A program made the position numbers and the translations under genes. From Vicinamibacterales bacterium (lineage in GTDB: Bacteria; Acidobacteriota; Vicinamibacteria; Vicinamibacterales; 2-12-FULL-66-21), in assembly GCA_049642465.1 (NCBI GenBank), contig JBAROV010000039.1, positions 5,567 to 69,566 of the forward strand: DNA of 64,000 nt. Reading direction: 5' to 3'. Position 1 is the first letter of the stretch, and every line of letters begins with the position of its first letter. Of the stretch, positions 63,839-64,000 are shown one piece after another. The notes beneath the pieces were generated by a model, which saw nothing but the letters and a program-made list of their open reading frames with translations, did not search any database and was not told the origin of the DNA.

Positions 63839-64000
63839 ATGGGTAAGGTGGTCAGTATCGTCGTAGCTGCGCTCGTGGCGGCCGTTTCAACGAGCGGCCT
63901 TGCTGACAGCCAGGGGACCGAACGCCCGTTTCTCGAGGCCGAGCTGATCTTCCCGCTCGAACATTGGCACAACCACGCATCGATGGTCGTGGAGCTGCCA
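63839..64000 (+). CDS. Secreted BNR/sialidase-like protein, N-terminal fragment (runs off the window)
   Basis: ATG 63839 is preceded by GGAGG. Signal peptide MGKVVSIVVAALVAAVSTSGLA. LIFPLEHWHNHASMVVEL resembles the conserved N-terminal strand of the exo-alpha-sialidase/BNR family. It has no stop because it is truncated by the window end, so it is absent from the ORF track. Confidence 0.45.
   Translation, partial: MGKVVSIVVAALVAAVSTSGLADSQGTERPFLEAELIFPLEHWHNHASMVVELP

Noticed and set aside
63784-63972. 62-aa minus-strand ORF at the window end.
   Set aside because: It is antisense to a better-supported plus-strand start (ATG 63839 with a GGAGG SD and a signal peptide) of a sialidase-like gene truncated by the window edge.
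1-64000. Searched for mobile elements, prophage, defence systems, toxin-antitoxin pairs and a compositional island.
   Set aside because: No transposase, integrase, recombinase or Cas-like motifs were seen, and no obvious low-GC island apart from short repeat-filled intergenic regions. Without profile searches I cannot rule out highly divergent systems.

Overview
GC-rich (by eye about two-thirds G+C; not computed), densely coding bacterial chromosomal segment with about 51 CDS on both strands. I recognised no rRNA, tRNA, CRISPR array, transposase, integrase or phage genes. Gene content points to Acidobacteriota (inference from family knowledge, not a search): three ADOP-type duplicated FtsX permeases, a CarboxypepD_reg-type TonB-dependent receptor, PVC-type dehydrogenase/HEAT proteins, a DUF1592/DUF1552 pair and several Tat-signal enzymes. 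Main blocks: (1) 2631-10876, minus strand: an eight-gene cbb3 oxidase operon, ccoI-ccoS-ccoNO(fused)-ccoQ-ccoP-ccoG-fixH-TauE-like, linked by ATGA overlaps. (2) 11-18.7 kb: small hypotheticals, a jelly-roll protein, DUF4242 plus methyltransferase, AraC, LemA/DUF2207 and a Tat-exported Gfo/Idh/MocA oxidoreductase. (3) 18.8-30.3 kb: three ADOP permeases around an EEP nuclease/phosphatase and a LytS-like/LytTR two-component pair. (4) 31.4-43.7 kb: two paralogous roughly 1000-aa PVC-type dehydrogenase/HEAT proteins, one with an N-terminal cupredoxin and one with a C-terminal cytochrome c. The second heads a compact five-gene operon (ceramidase-like, Tat-DegT aminotransferase, divergent Nramp-like transporter, methyltransferase); this operon is my best candidate for an undescribed periplasmic system. 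(5) 43.9-46.6 kb: a YtrA-type GntR-ABC module with a clear promoter and operator. (6) 46.7-50.7 kb: the DUF1592/DUF1552 pair. (7) 50.7-64 kb: an amino-sugar or acidic-sugar utilisation locus (NagB-like, PIG-L, Gfo/Idh/MocA, RraA-like, large secreted hydrolase-like protein, HpcH aldolase, MFS, DapA-like lyase, TonB-dependent receptor, sialidase-like fragment). Several intergenic regions carry unusual repeat or hairpin elements: a triple palindromic hairpin at 31.3 kb, a heptamer microsatellite with inverted copies at 51.7 kb, 9-mer and 8-mer tandem repeats inside a long inverted repeat at 59.1-59.35 kb, and a dispersed 18-mer. All functional calls rest on motifs read by eye and remembered family signatures. 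No database search was run.
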